A DNA stretch of 44,212 nucleotides from Candidatus Dormiibacterota bacterium (GTDB lineage: Bacteria > Chloroflexota > Limnocylindria > P2-11E > CF-107). The translations under genes and the position numbers were made by a program. The stretch covers positions 1 through 44,212 of the forward strand of contig DASQXO010000125.1 in NCBI GenBank assembly GCA_035639655.1, in the 5' to 3' direction. Below are positions 25,384 to 33,626 of the stretch, one piece after another. Below the pieces are notes generated by a model that was not told the DNA's origin, made no database searches, and saw only the letters and a list, made by a program, of their open reading frames with translations. How positions within the stretch are numbered: the stretch's first letter is position 1; the number at the start of each line of letters is the position of its first letter.

Positions 25384-26082
25384 TCAGGCGAGGTTGAGCA
25401 GGATCGCGGCCGTCACGATGGCGACGACGGCCGCCGCGATGAGCAGCGCGGGGATGAGGTAGAAGAGCGTCGCCGCGACGATGAGGATCGTCACCGCGCG
25501 GCTCGGCACGACGGCGTAGTAGGCGCGGATGCCGCGGTAGTACAGGACGCCGAGCCAGAGCACGAGCGCGAAGGTGATGATCCGGCCGACGACCGCGAGC
25601 GGAGAGAGCGGGTCGGCCTCGAAGGCGAACGTGGAGAGGCCGGATGCGATGAGCGCGAGCGCCGTGATGTACGCGGCGTAGACGTTGAAGCGCCCGAAGG
25701 GGCGGCCGGCGGCCGACATGCGCGCGGCGGCGTGCACCGCGGATGCACCGAGGAGCCAGGCGAGGATCGGCCCGATCGCGGTGACGAGCAGGACGGCGGT
25801 CCAGGCCTGCTCGACGAGGTACACGACGACAGCCGCGCGAGCCGTTCCGAGCGTGTCCAGTAGGAGCGTCACGGCCGGCGCGCGCTGCGGTCCGTACACG
25901 AGGTCCGAGACCGTGAACACGGTGGCGAACCGCGTCGTGTCGAGCGCCGCGACCGCGCACGCGATCGCGATCGCGGCGAATCCGATGATGAGCCGCCCCT
26001 CGCCGATGACCGCGGGCACGGCCGCGCCCGGATGCACTACGAGTCCGGCGAAGAGTGAGAGCTGCCGCCGCAGCGAGCTCAC
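25384..26082 (-). CDS. Yip1-domain-like polytopic membrane protein
   Basis: 232 aa from a GTG that shares GTGA with the HDAC stop. About five TM spans, with an N-terminal LSLFAGLVVHPGAAVPAV segment. The family call comes from overall pattern only. Confidence 0.5.
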   Translation of the reverse strand: MSSLRRQLSLFAGLVVHPGAAVPAVIGEGRLIIGFAAIAIACAVAALDTTRFATVFTVSDLVYGPQRAPAVTLLLDTLGTARAAVVVYLVEQAWTAVLLVTAIGPILAWLLGASAVHAAARMSAAGRPFGRFNVYAAYITALALIASGLSTFAFEADPLSPLAVVGRIITFALVLWLGVLYYRGIRAYYAVVPSRAVTILIVAATLFYLIPALLIAAAVVAIVTAAILLNLA

Positions 26083-27158
26083 GCCGCGAACGATGCCGCG
26101 AGCGCCGCGTCGGCAGAGCGGCGCGCCGCCTCGTCGAGCACCCCGCGATCGCGCCCTTGCGCCCGCGGCGGATCGGCATCGTGTAGCTCGGCTGGGATCT
26201 CGGCGTCGAGCATGACGAGGTACGCGATCGACCACGCCCGGCGCACCGCGTCGACGTCGTATCCGCCGCCGCCGAGCGCGATCCACGGCAGGCCCAGCGA
26301 GGCGAAGGCGCGGTAGCAGCGCTCGTAGCCGTGCGTCGACAGCGCGAGCTGCGCGATCGGGCACTCGAAGTACGTGTCGAACCCGCCCTGTGTCACGAGG
26401 ACGTCCGGCGCGAACGCGCGAACGAGCGGCGGCACGACGGTGTCGAACGCGATCGCGTACGCGTCGTCATCCGTCTCCGGCATGAGCGCGACGTTGACGC
26501 TGTAGCCCGCGCCGCGACCCGTGCCCCGCTCCTGCGGCCGTCCGGTCCCCGGGAAGAACCACGGCGCGAACTCGTGCAGGGAGATCGTGAGCGCGCGGTC
26601 GTCGTCGTAGAACGCGGCCTGCACGCCGTCGCCGTGGTGGGCGTCGATGTCGACGTACGCGACGCGCTTCCCGCCGCGCACGAGCTGGGCGACCACGATC
26701 GCGGGGTCGTTGTAGACGCAGAAGCCGCTCGCGCGATCGCGCATCGCGTGGTGCAGGCCGCCCGATCCGTTGAACGCCACGTCCGCGGTGCCGGAGGTCA
26801 CGGCCTCGAGGCAGACGAGCGAGGTCCCGACGACGGTCGCCGAGTCGTCGTGCATGTTCGGCCACGGCGGCGTGTCGCTCCAGGTGATGCGATCGCCCCA
26901 CTCTTCCGGCCGAAGGGCCGGCGGATCCTCGCTGAAGAGCTTCACGCGCCGCACGTACTCGGTCGAATGCACGAGCGCGAGCTCCTCGTCGGACGCGAGA
27001 CGTCCGTCGAGGACCCGCGCGTTCGGACGCGTGAAGGCACCGATCCGCTGGAGTGTCTCGTACACGAGCCGGTAGCGGTAGGGCTTCAGCGGATGGTCCG
27101 GGCGCATGACGTACTGCGCGACACGGGGATGCCAGCCGAACGCGGCGATCCGCCTCAC
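26079..27158 (-). CDS. Histone-deacetylase-fold enzyme (AcuC / acetoin utilisation deacetylase-like)
   Basis: GGLHHAMRDRASGFCVYND and the zinc-ligand block DIDAHHGDGVQAAFYDD. GTG start shares GTGA with the upstream membrane-protein stop. Confidence 0.88.
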   Translation of the reverse strand: MRRIAAFGWHPRVAQYVMRPDHPLKPYRYRLVYETLQRIGAFTRPNARVLDGRLASDEELALVHSTEYVRRVKLFSEDPPALRPEEWGDRITWSDTPPWPNMHDDSATVVGTSLVCLEAVTSGTADVAFNGSGGLHHAMRDRASGFCVYNDPAIVVAQLVRGGKRVAYVDIDAHHGDGVQAAFYDDDRALTISLHEFAPWFFPGTGRPQERGTGRGAGYSVNVALMPETDDDAYAIAFDTVVPPLVRAFAPDVLVTQGGFDTYFECPIAQLALSTHGYERCYRAFASLGLPWIALGGGGYDVDAVRRAWSIAYLVMLDAEIPAELHDADPPRAQGRDRGVLDEAARRSADAALAASFAA

Positions 27159-28351
27159 GCGAGGGCGATCGCGAGACCGGTGACGAGAACGCCGACGGTC
27201 GCGATGGCGACCGGCCCGAGGATCGGCACGTACTCGGTGTCGAAGTACTCCCGCGTGAACACCATGCAGAGGTGGAGGGGCGAGAGCATCACGCCCGCGA
27301 ACCCGGCGGCGTAAGCGAACGCCAGCAGCCGGAGGTCCACGCCCCCGCCGATCGCGAGCAGCAGTGGAAACGTCAGTCCGACGAACGCCGTCTCGAGCGC
27401 CGTGACGAAGCCGACCACGAGCGGGACGACGAACGCGACGGCGAGGAGCGGGACGCCGGCGCCCTGCAGGAGCGCGGGAATGCTCGTCACCGCACCGGAT
27501 GCGGCGAGGACATCCTTGAAGACGAGGACGCCGAGCACCATCGTCGCGATGCGGAGCGTCGCCGGCGAGCGGAGCACCCGCGCCACGTCGCCGAGCGGCA
27601 CCCGCGCGGCGAGGACGACGGCCGTCGCGGCGACGGCGAGCGCGAGCGCGACGTCGACGTGGAGGACCACCACGGCGACGAGCACGGCGAGGATCGGCAC
27701 GAGGCCGGGCGCGAGGTCGGCGAGGTGGCCGCGCATCCCGCGCTCAGCGGGCGCCCGCCCGGTCGTGCGCACCTGCGGGAACGCGACGACTGCCCCGGCC
27801 GCGAGCGCGGCGACCGTGAGCGGCAGATTCGCGACGATGACGCTCGAGATCGGCACGGCCGCGACCGCGCTCGCGAGGACGACGCCGGCGTACACCGGCA
27901 CGCTGTAGTTCCACACGTGCCGGAACCAGTAGTTCGCGAAGGAGCGCACCGTCGGCGTCGCCGTGGTGGATGCAGCCACCTCGTCCACCAGCGGGGCCGA
28001 GAAGCGCGCCCCGCCGGCCGACGGGAGGAAGCCGATGAGCGCGGGCAGCGCGGCCATCACGAGGCGCTCGTCGCGGACGAGACCGAGCAGTCCCGCCGAC
28101 AGCCGGCGCAGCGCGCCCCACTCGCGCAGCGCGTGCTCGAGCACGACGATCGCGACGAGCGCGATGGTGAGCTGCCACGTCGTCCATGTCGTCAGCGTCC
28201 CGCCGACCGTGCTCGCGACGAGCTGCGGCGGCATGGCGAACGCGAGCGCGAGCAGCGCGCTTCCGACGAGCATCACGGCGCCGAGGTTGAAGCGGCGCGC
28301 GATGAGCGCGAGAACGACGGCGAAGACGAGCGCGAGCTTCAGCGCGTCCAA
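27155..28351 (-). CDS. Polytopic membrane protein (~10-12 TM), DUF401/ion-transporter-superfamily-like permease
   Basis: Only the C-terminal ~398 aa of the 704-aa track ORF are hydrophobic and coding-like. My preferred start is TTG at 28351 (LDALKLALVFAVVLAL...), which overlaps the URO-D-like gene by 13 nt. An alternative is GTG/ATG at 28276/28273. Confidence 0.55.
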   Translation of the reverse strand: MDALKLALVFAVVLALIARRFNLGAVMLVGSALLALAFAMPPQLVASTVGGTLTTWTTWQLTIALVAIVVLEHALREWGALRRLSAGLLGLVRDERLVMAALPALIGFLPSAGGARFSAPLVDEVAASTTATPTVRSFANYWFRHVWNYSVPVYAGVVLASAVAAVPISSVIVANLPLTVAALAAGAVVAFPQVRTTGRAPAERGMRGHLADLAPGLVPILAVLVAVVVLHVDVALALAVAATAVVLAARVPLGDVARVLRSPATLRIATMVLGVLVFKDVLAASGAVTSIPALLQGAGVPLLAVAFVVPLVVGFVTALETAFVGLTFPLLLAIGGGVDLRLLAFAYAAGFAGVMLSPLHLCMVFTREYFDTEYVPILGPVAIATVGVLVTGLAIALA

Positions 28352-29343
28352 GAGGCGGTCGACGCGGCGAGCAGCGCGCGCGCGCGGTCGATGCTCGCAT
28401 CGCGCGAGCCGATCGGGATCGTGCAGGCGCCCGCGGCGATCCACCGGCGCGGTGCCTGCGCGGCGAGCCAGTCGACCTCGGCTCGCAGGTGCGCGTCGTC
28501 TCGTCCGGCGAACGCCTCGTCCGAGAAGCCGCCGACGCCGACCCGGTCGCGCGCCTGCGCGAGGAAGACGGACGGGCTCGGGTTGCCTCGCGCGTGGACG
28601 TTCCACGACACCGCCGCGACCGGATAGTCGGACAGCTCGAGGACGCGCGCCTCGGCGCCGCACACGTGCACGACGTTGAACGGAGCCGCGCTCACGGCGT
28701 CGAGGATGCGGAGGTCGAACGGGCGACCGAACTCGGCGTACTCGTCGTCGCGGAGGACGTCGCGCTGCGCCCACACCGTCGTGGCGAGGAAGATCCCGTC
28801 GGCGCCGGCGGCCACGCAGGCCTGCGCGAAGCGGGCGAACGTCCACGTGACGGCGTCGAGGGCGCCGAGCACGTCGGTCGGGCGCGCACGCAGGTCCGCG
28901 ACCAGACGCTCGCGGCCGGCGAGCCGCTCGCAGATCGCGAGCGGCGTGAAGATCGTCATCACGAGCGGCACGTCGGGCAGCGCCTCGCGCGCGAGCTCGA
29001 GCCCCTCGAGCATCTCGTCGAAGACGCCGCCCTCCGGCGGCACCGGCTGGACGTCGCGCCACCCGGCCGAGTCGACGACGGCGTAGCGCTCGACCTCGGG
29101 ATGCTCGTCGCCGCCGTAGCGGTACCGCGTGCCCCACGGCTCGGCGTGATAGTGCGCGCGCGGGTTGTACTTCAACAGGTCGAGGTCGTGCGCCTCGGTG
29201 AAGTCCACCAGCCGGCGCGCGAGCCGCTGCGCCTGTCCCGGTTGCTCTTCGGCGTAGAAGTGACGCCACACCGCGAACGCCGGCCGGTCGAGGACCTCGC
29301 CGCGCATCGCCGCCGCCACGCGCTGTCGCGCCGTCGCGGTCAT
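28339..29343 (-). CDS. Uroporphyrinogen-decarboxylase (URO-D) family protein (decarboxylase / MtaA-CmuA-like)
   Basis: 334-aa ORF whose overall pattern fits the URO-D TIM barrel (N-terminal R.A..GE..DR.P.W, FLATTVWA, VVHVCG). I cannot assign a subfamily. Confidence 0.6.
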   Translation of the reverse strand: MTATARQRVAAAMRGEVLDRPAFAVWRHFYAEEQPGQAQRLARRLVDFTEAHDLDLLKYNPRAHYHAEPWGTRYRYGGDEHPEVERYAVVDSAGWRDVQPVPPEGGVFDEMLEGLELAREALPDVPLVMTIFTPLAICERLAGRERLVADLRARPTDVLGALDAVTWTFARFAQACVAAGADGIFLATTVWAQRDVLRDDEYAEFGRPFDLRILDAVSAAPFNVVHVCGAEARVLELSDYPVAAVSWNVHARGNPSPSVFLAQARDRVGVGGFSDEAFAGRDDAHLRAEVDWLAAQAPRRWIAAGACTIPIGSRDASIDRARALLAASTASWTR

Positions 29344-29382
29344 GCGTCTATTGTCGCCGACCCACCGTCATCCGGCCGGATG

Positions 29383-30204
29383 CTAGACGGCCATCTTCGC
29401 GCGGATCGCCTCGTGATGGCGGTAGCCCACGAGCCGCGCGCTCGTCATCTCGAACGCGTCGATGTCGGTGATGCGCTCGTCGAGCTCGAGCCGCGGCAGC
29501 GGGAGCGGGTCGCGGTCGAGCTGCTCGCGCACCTGCTCGAAGTGCGAGTGATAGACGTGCGCGTCGCCGAGCGTGTGCACGAACTCGCCCGCCGCGAGCC
29601 CGGTCACCTGCGCGACCATGTGCAGCAGCAGCGCGTAGGACGAGATGTTGAACGGGACGCCGAGGAACAGGTCGCACGAGCGCTGGTACATCTGCAGCGA
29701 CAGCGTGCCGTTCGCGACGAAGAACTGGAAGAACGCGTGGCACGCCGGGAGCGCCATCTCGTTCAGTTCGCCCGGATTCCACGCGCTCACGACGATCCGG
29801 CGGCTGCTCGGATCCTCGCGGATGAGCCGGATCGCCTCGGCGAGCTGGTCTACCTCGCGTCCGTCCGGCGCGCGCCAGCGCCGCCACTGCACCCCGTAGA
29901 TGCGGCCGACGTCGCCCTCGAATCGGGCCCTGGGCTTCCAGTAATCGGCGTTCGCGTTCGCGTCCCAGATCCGCGCCCCAAGCCGCCGGAGGTCGTTCAC
30001 GTCGGAGCTCCCCGACACGAACCAGAGCAGCTCCGCCTTGACCGTCTCGAACGACACGCGCTTCGTGGTCACGATCGGAAATCCGTCCGACATGGCGAAG
30101 CGCATCTGCAGCCCGAAGAGCGCGCGCGTTCCGGTCCCGGTCCGATCGGGGCGGTCCACCCCGCGCTCCATCACCGCGCGGAGCACGTCGAGGTACTGCC
30201 TCAC
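29383..30204 (-). CDS. thyA: Thymidylate synthase
   Basis: MRQYLDVLRAVMERG, DRTGTGT, catalytic LPACHAFFQF, and DLFLGVPFNISSYALL. Confidence 0.95.
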   Translation of the reverse strand: MRQYLDVLRAVMERGVDRPDRTGTGTRALFGLQMRFAMSDGFPIVTTKRVSFETVKAELLWFVSGSSDVNDLRRLGARIWDANANADYWKPRARFEGDVGRIYGVQWRRWRAPDGREVDQLAEAIRLIREDPSSRRIVVSAWNPGELNEMALPACHAFFQFFVANGTLSLQMYQRSCDLFLGVPFNISSYALLLHMVAQVTGLAAGEFVHTLGDAHVYHSHFEQVREQLDRDPLPLPRLELDERITDIDAFEMTSARLVGYRHHEAIRAKMAV

Positions 30205-30213
30205 GCGATCACA

Positions 30214-30768
30214 CTACGTCGCGTCGCGGCGCTCGTGCTCGCGCTCCCACTCGTCGCGCAGCACCTCGCCGATCCACATGTCGTGCCAGGCGCCGTCGCT
30301 CCAGTGCTCCTCCCGATAGAAACCGACGGTGCGGTAGCCGGCCTTTTCGAGGGCGCGCTGGCTGCCGACGTTGTCTACCACGGCGGTCGTACGAAGCTTG
30401 TGCAGGTTGAGCTCGCGGAACGCGAACGCTGTGCGCAGCTGCATCGCCTCCGTCGCCACGCCGCGGCGCCAGTACGACCGGTCGCCGATCATGATCCCGG
30501 TGACTGCGTGCGCGCAGATCCAGTCGATCGCGTGGATACCGGTGGCGCCGACCGCGCGATTCTCCACCTCGATCACCCACCACACGTCGTCCTTCGAGTC
30601 CGCGATCCGCTTGAAGAACTCCTCCTCCTCATGGAGCGCGGGCGGCGTACGGCGCAGCATGTACCGAGTGACCTCGACGTCCGCGAGCCACTCGATGAAG
30701 ACCTTCGTCTCGTCGGGCTTGGGAGGTCGTAGCGTCACGAGCTTGCCGCGGAGGATCGGACCCAGCAC
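30214..30768 (-). CDS. GNAT-family N-acetyltransferase (RimJ/RimL-like)
   Basis: GTG 30768 has GATACT 7 nt upstream. Acetyl-CoA loop YWRRGVATEA, then NVGSQRALEKAGY. Confidence 0.8.
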   Translation of the reverse strand: MLGPILRGKLVTLRPPKPDETKVFIEWLADVEVTRYMLRRTPPALHEEEEFFKRIADSKDDVWWVIEVENRAVGATGIHAIDWICAHAVTGIMIGDRSYWRRGVATEAMQLRTAFAFRELNLHKLRTTAVVDNVGSQRALEKAGYRTVGFYREEHWSDGAWHDMWIGEVLRDEWEREHERRDAT

Positions 30769-30806
30769 GCGGTCGAGTATCGCGTCAGGACCATCCTGAT
30801 GCCGTG

Positions 30807-32318
30807 TTAGACGCGCAGCTCTCCGAGCTCCTGCGCCGGCAGCCGGCGCACCGCCTCGAGGATCGCTTCGTCCCCCCGCCGGTCGCCGACGTCGAGCTTC
30901 GCCCTGATGCGCGTGAGATGGACGCGGAGCGTGTTCGGCGACATGCCGAGACGCTGCGCGAGCTCGTCGCGGTCGATCTCCTCGCCCTCGCGGTGCAGGA
31001 GCGAGAGCCGGCGCACGATGTCGAGCTCGCGCCAGGTGAGCCCGGCCATGCGCAGATGGGCGGTCGCGCCGTCGACCTCGCTCGCGCCCGCGGGCATCGA
31101 CGAGCGACTCCGCCGGCGCGCGGTCTCGCCCCGCGCCCGCAGCACGCGCGCCGTCGGCGCGGCGCGCTCGTCGGGGATCGCGACTTTCCCGAGCCATTCC
31201 GCGACCTCGGGGAGGAACCAGGCGAACCCGCGACCGCCGCGCTCGCCGATCTCCCGCACGACGCGGACGCCGCGGTCGCGGCCGCCGCCGTAGGCCAGGC
31301 TTTCGCGGATGTGCGCGGCGTGCGCGGCACAGCCGATGGCGTAGTGGTGCAGGCCGAACGCCGCTAACGCCGTGCGCGCGTCCTCGAGTGCGTGCAGCGC
31401 CGGCCGGAGCTCGCCCTTGCGCGCGAGGACGATCCCGCGCACCGCGTCGCTGAAGGGCCGCTCCCTGTCCGGCGCGCTCTCGGCGAGCTGCAGCGCGACG
31501 TCGACGTCGTGGCAGGCGAGCGCCACGTAGGAGCGTTCGAACGAGTCGCCCGCGCCGGACTGCCGCGCGAGGCGGTCACCCTCCTCGAGGTTGCCTTGCT
31601 CGATCTTCGTCCTGGCGAGACAGAAGACGGTCCAGCGCCACAGGTTCGTGCCGAAGGGGCGCACGAGCTCCTCGGCGCGCTCGAGCAGCTCCTCGCCCTC
31701 CTCGACGGCGCCGGCGCACCACGCGGCGAAGCCGGTCGCGTAGGTCGACCACGCGATCTCCCAGTCGTCGCGCAGCTTCCGGCTCGTCGCGAGCGCCGCG
31801 TCGGCCACCTCGCGCGCGCGCGGGTACTCCGCCGACTGGGCGAGCACGTGCGCGAGCTGCCGCTGCACGCGGATGGACACGAGGTCGCGGTCGTGATCGA
31901 CCGGAGCGGCGCGGAGCGAATCCAGAGCGGCCTGCGCGGCGCGCAGCGCACCCGTCGCGTCGTTCGCGGTCGCGAGCCGGTGGACACTCCACGCGGTCTC
32001 GATCTCGGCGATCAGGAGCGCATCCGCACCCGCGTCACGGATCGCGGCGCGATAGAGCGTCGCAACGTCGATGTCGGCCCCGACGTAGTACGCGAGATGC
32101 AGTAGGTCCTGCCCGATGCGCGCCCGATGCAGCGGCGTCTTCACCTTGTCGCGGAGCGCCGACAGCTCGTTCCAGGCGACTTCCCACGACTCGACGACGC
32201 GCAGGCAGCGCGCGCGCATCAGACGGTCCTCGATCGACAGTCGGGCGGACGAGTATCGAGGCAGTAGCCGTTCCGCCTCCGCCCGCGACAGGGGTGCGAC
32301 GAGTGCGTCCCGCGCCAT
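30807..32318 (-). CDS. LuxR-family regulator with a large N-terminal TPR/helical-repeat region (no NTPase motif seen)
   Basis: C-terminal HTH LTWRELDIVRRLS...DELAQRLGMSPNTLRVHLTRIRAKL. About 400 aa of helical repeats precede it, without a Walker A motif. Confidence 0.75.
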   Translation of the reverse strand: MARDALVAPLSRAEAERLLPRYSSARLSIEDRLMRARCLRVVESWEVAWNELSALRDKVKTPLHRARIGQDLLHLAYYVGADIDVATLYRAAIRDAGADALLIAEIETAWSVHRLATANDATGALRAAQAALDSLRAAPVDHDRDLVSIRVQRQLAHVLAQSAEYPRAREVADAALATSRKLRDDWEIAWSTYATGFAAWCAGAVEEGEELLERAEELVRPFGTNLWRWTVFCLARTKIEQGNLEEGDRLARQSGAGDSFERSYVALACHDVDVALQLAESAPDRERPFSDAVRGIVLARKGELRPALHALEDARTALAAFGLHHYAIGCAAHAAHIRESLAYGGGRDRGVRVVREIGERGGRGFAWFLPEVAEWLGKVAIPDERAAPTARVLRARGETARRRSRSSMPAGASEVDGATAHLRMAGLTWRELDIVRRLSLLHREGEEIDRDELAQRLGMSPNTLRVHLTRIRAKLDVGDRRGDEAILEAVRRLPAQELGELRV

Positions 32319-32346
32319 CGACTAAGTATTACGTCTGCGGTACGAG

Positions 32347-33507
32347 ATGGTTCCGCTGAGCGCGGACGACGCGGGGCGCCGCGCGGCCGATGCTGACGCC
32401 ATGAACGAGCTCGCTCTGCAGCAGCAGCGGACGGTCGATCGCATCGCCCTCATCGGGAGCGCCATCGCGATCCTCACCGCCGCTGCGCTCGTCGCGCTCG
32501 ACCCGGTCCAGACCGTGTCGCGGCATCCTTCCGCGGCTGCCAGGCAACCTGCGCCCATCGCGGCGCCCCTGGCGGTAACGTCCGAGCGCTCGCCGCTCGT
32601 CCAGCTGTCCCTCCCCTCTCCCGCCTGGACGATCGTGAGTGACGGCACCTGGGCCGCGTACGCGCGTCTCGAGAAGGGCCAGCCGGCCGAGATCGTCGTG
32701 CGCAGCCTGCACTCGGACGAGTCGCGCGTCGTGTACCGGGCCGCCGCCTCGAGCTACCTCGGACAGCTCTCGCTCGCGAAGGGCGTGCTCGTCCTCGAGG
32801 AGATCGCGCAGCCGAACGCCGATGGATCCGGCCGCACCGTGCTGGTGCGGACGGTCTCGATCGCGAGCGGAGAGCAGACGACCGTGGACACGTTCGCTCC
32901 GACCTCGTCACTCGCGTCCTCGCCGCTCACCGATGGCTCACGCGTCCTGTGGGTGCGTCCCGCGAGCGGCGCCGGCGACGAGATCCGCGAGTTCGACCTC
33001 GCGACGGGGAAGACGCGCGTGGTGCAGCGTCCGGGCACGCAGGTCGCCGGACTCGCGCTCTCCGGGAACGTCCTCGCGTACACCGCGTTCGCGCGAGACG
33101 CGGCGACGAGCTACGTCGTCGATCTCGGCGCGAGCGCGGCCGCGAAGCCGGTCGACGGGTTCGCGTACTCGTACGTGCAGTCGGTCGCACCGGAGGGCGT
33201 CGTCGTGACCGGTGCGCTCGAGGCCGGCGCGCCCGCCGCGAGCTGGTTCGTCAAGAACGACGGCACGCGCTCGCGGCTCGGATCGGAGTGCTTCAGCGTG
33301 ACCATGACCGCCCGTCTCCTCGCGATGCGCTGCGCCACGCAGATCGAGATCCGCGACCTCGCCACCGGATCGAGCCTGTACCGCTTCGCCGGCAGCGCGG
33401 GAGCGCTCGCCGTCTTCGAGAACGGCGTCGCCTGGGGCGAAGGCGACGAGCTCGTGCTCTACGAGCTCCCGCCGCTCGCCGACGCGTCACACGCGCGACC
33501 CGAATAA
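32347..33507 (+). CDS. Hypothetical single-pass membrane protein with a beta-rich (propeller-like) ectodomain
   Basis: TM segment IALIGSAIAILTAAALVAL is followed by ~320 aa of repeated beta-strand-like segments. Start is uncertain (ATG 32347 or 32401). Confidence 0.5.
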   Translation: MVPLSADDAGRRAADADAMNELALQQQRTVDRIALIGSAIAILTAAALVALDPVQTVSRHPSAAARQPAPIAAPLAVTSERSPLVQLSLPSPAWTIVSDGTWAAYARLEKGQPAEIVVRSLHSDESRVVYRAAASSYLGQLSLAKGVLVLEEIAQPNADGSGRTVLVRTVSIASGEQTTVDTFAPTSSLASSPLTDGSRVLWVRPASGAGDEIREFDLATGKTRVVQRPGTQVAGLALSGNVLAYTAFARDAATSYVVDLGASAAAKPVDGFAYSYVQSVAPEGVVVTGALEAGAPAASWFVKNDGTRSRLGSECFSVTMTARLLAMRCATQIEIRDLATGSSLYRFAGSAGALAVFENGVAWGEGDELVLYELPPLADASHARPE

Positions 33508-33592
33508 GCCACCCTCCTCCTTCCACGATCGGCCCGTCCTGGTCCTGCGCCATCACCGGGACGGGTCGATCTGCTTTGCGACGAGCGAGCGA

Positions 33593-33620
33593 CTGACCGG
33601 CGGACGGGCCGCGTTAGGCT
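33593..33620 (+). promoter_or_regulatory. Promoter candidate for a leaderless moxR-like operon
   Basis: CTGACC (33593-33598), a 16-nt spacer, then TAGGCT (33615-33620), with ATG at 33627 only 6 nt after the -10. Confidence 0.45.
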
Positions 33621-33626
33621 ATCGCG

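Noticed and set aside
25358-26179. N-terminal extension of the 919-aa ORF 23420-26179 (acyl-CoA ligase). The same applies to 28352-29269 in the 704-aa ORF 27155-29269 and to 36682-37464 in the 859-aa ORF.
   Set aside because: These extensions are Arg-rich low-complexity and overlap well-supported genes (Yip1-like/HDAC, URO-D-like, BatA) in other frames. Homology or hydrophobic character begins only at the internal starts I chose.
29369-29382. Perfect 14-bp palindrome CATCCGGCCGGATG abutting the thyA stop.
   Set aside because: It is too short, with no loop and no U-tract, to call a terminator, and there is no second copy to support an operator. It is mentioned only as context in the thyA finding.
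33533-33565. 7-bp stem CCCGTCC/GGACGGG with a 19-nt loop downstream of the propeller-like protein gene, considered as a possible terminator.
   Set aside because: The stem is weak, the loop is large and there is no U-tract. I could not support it beyond chance.
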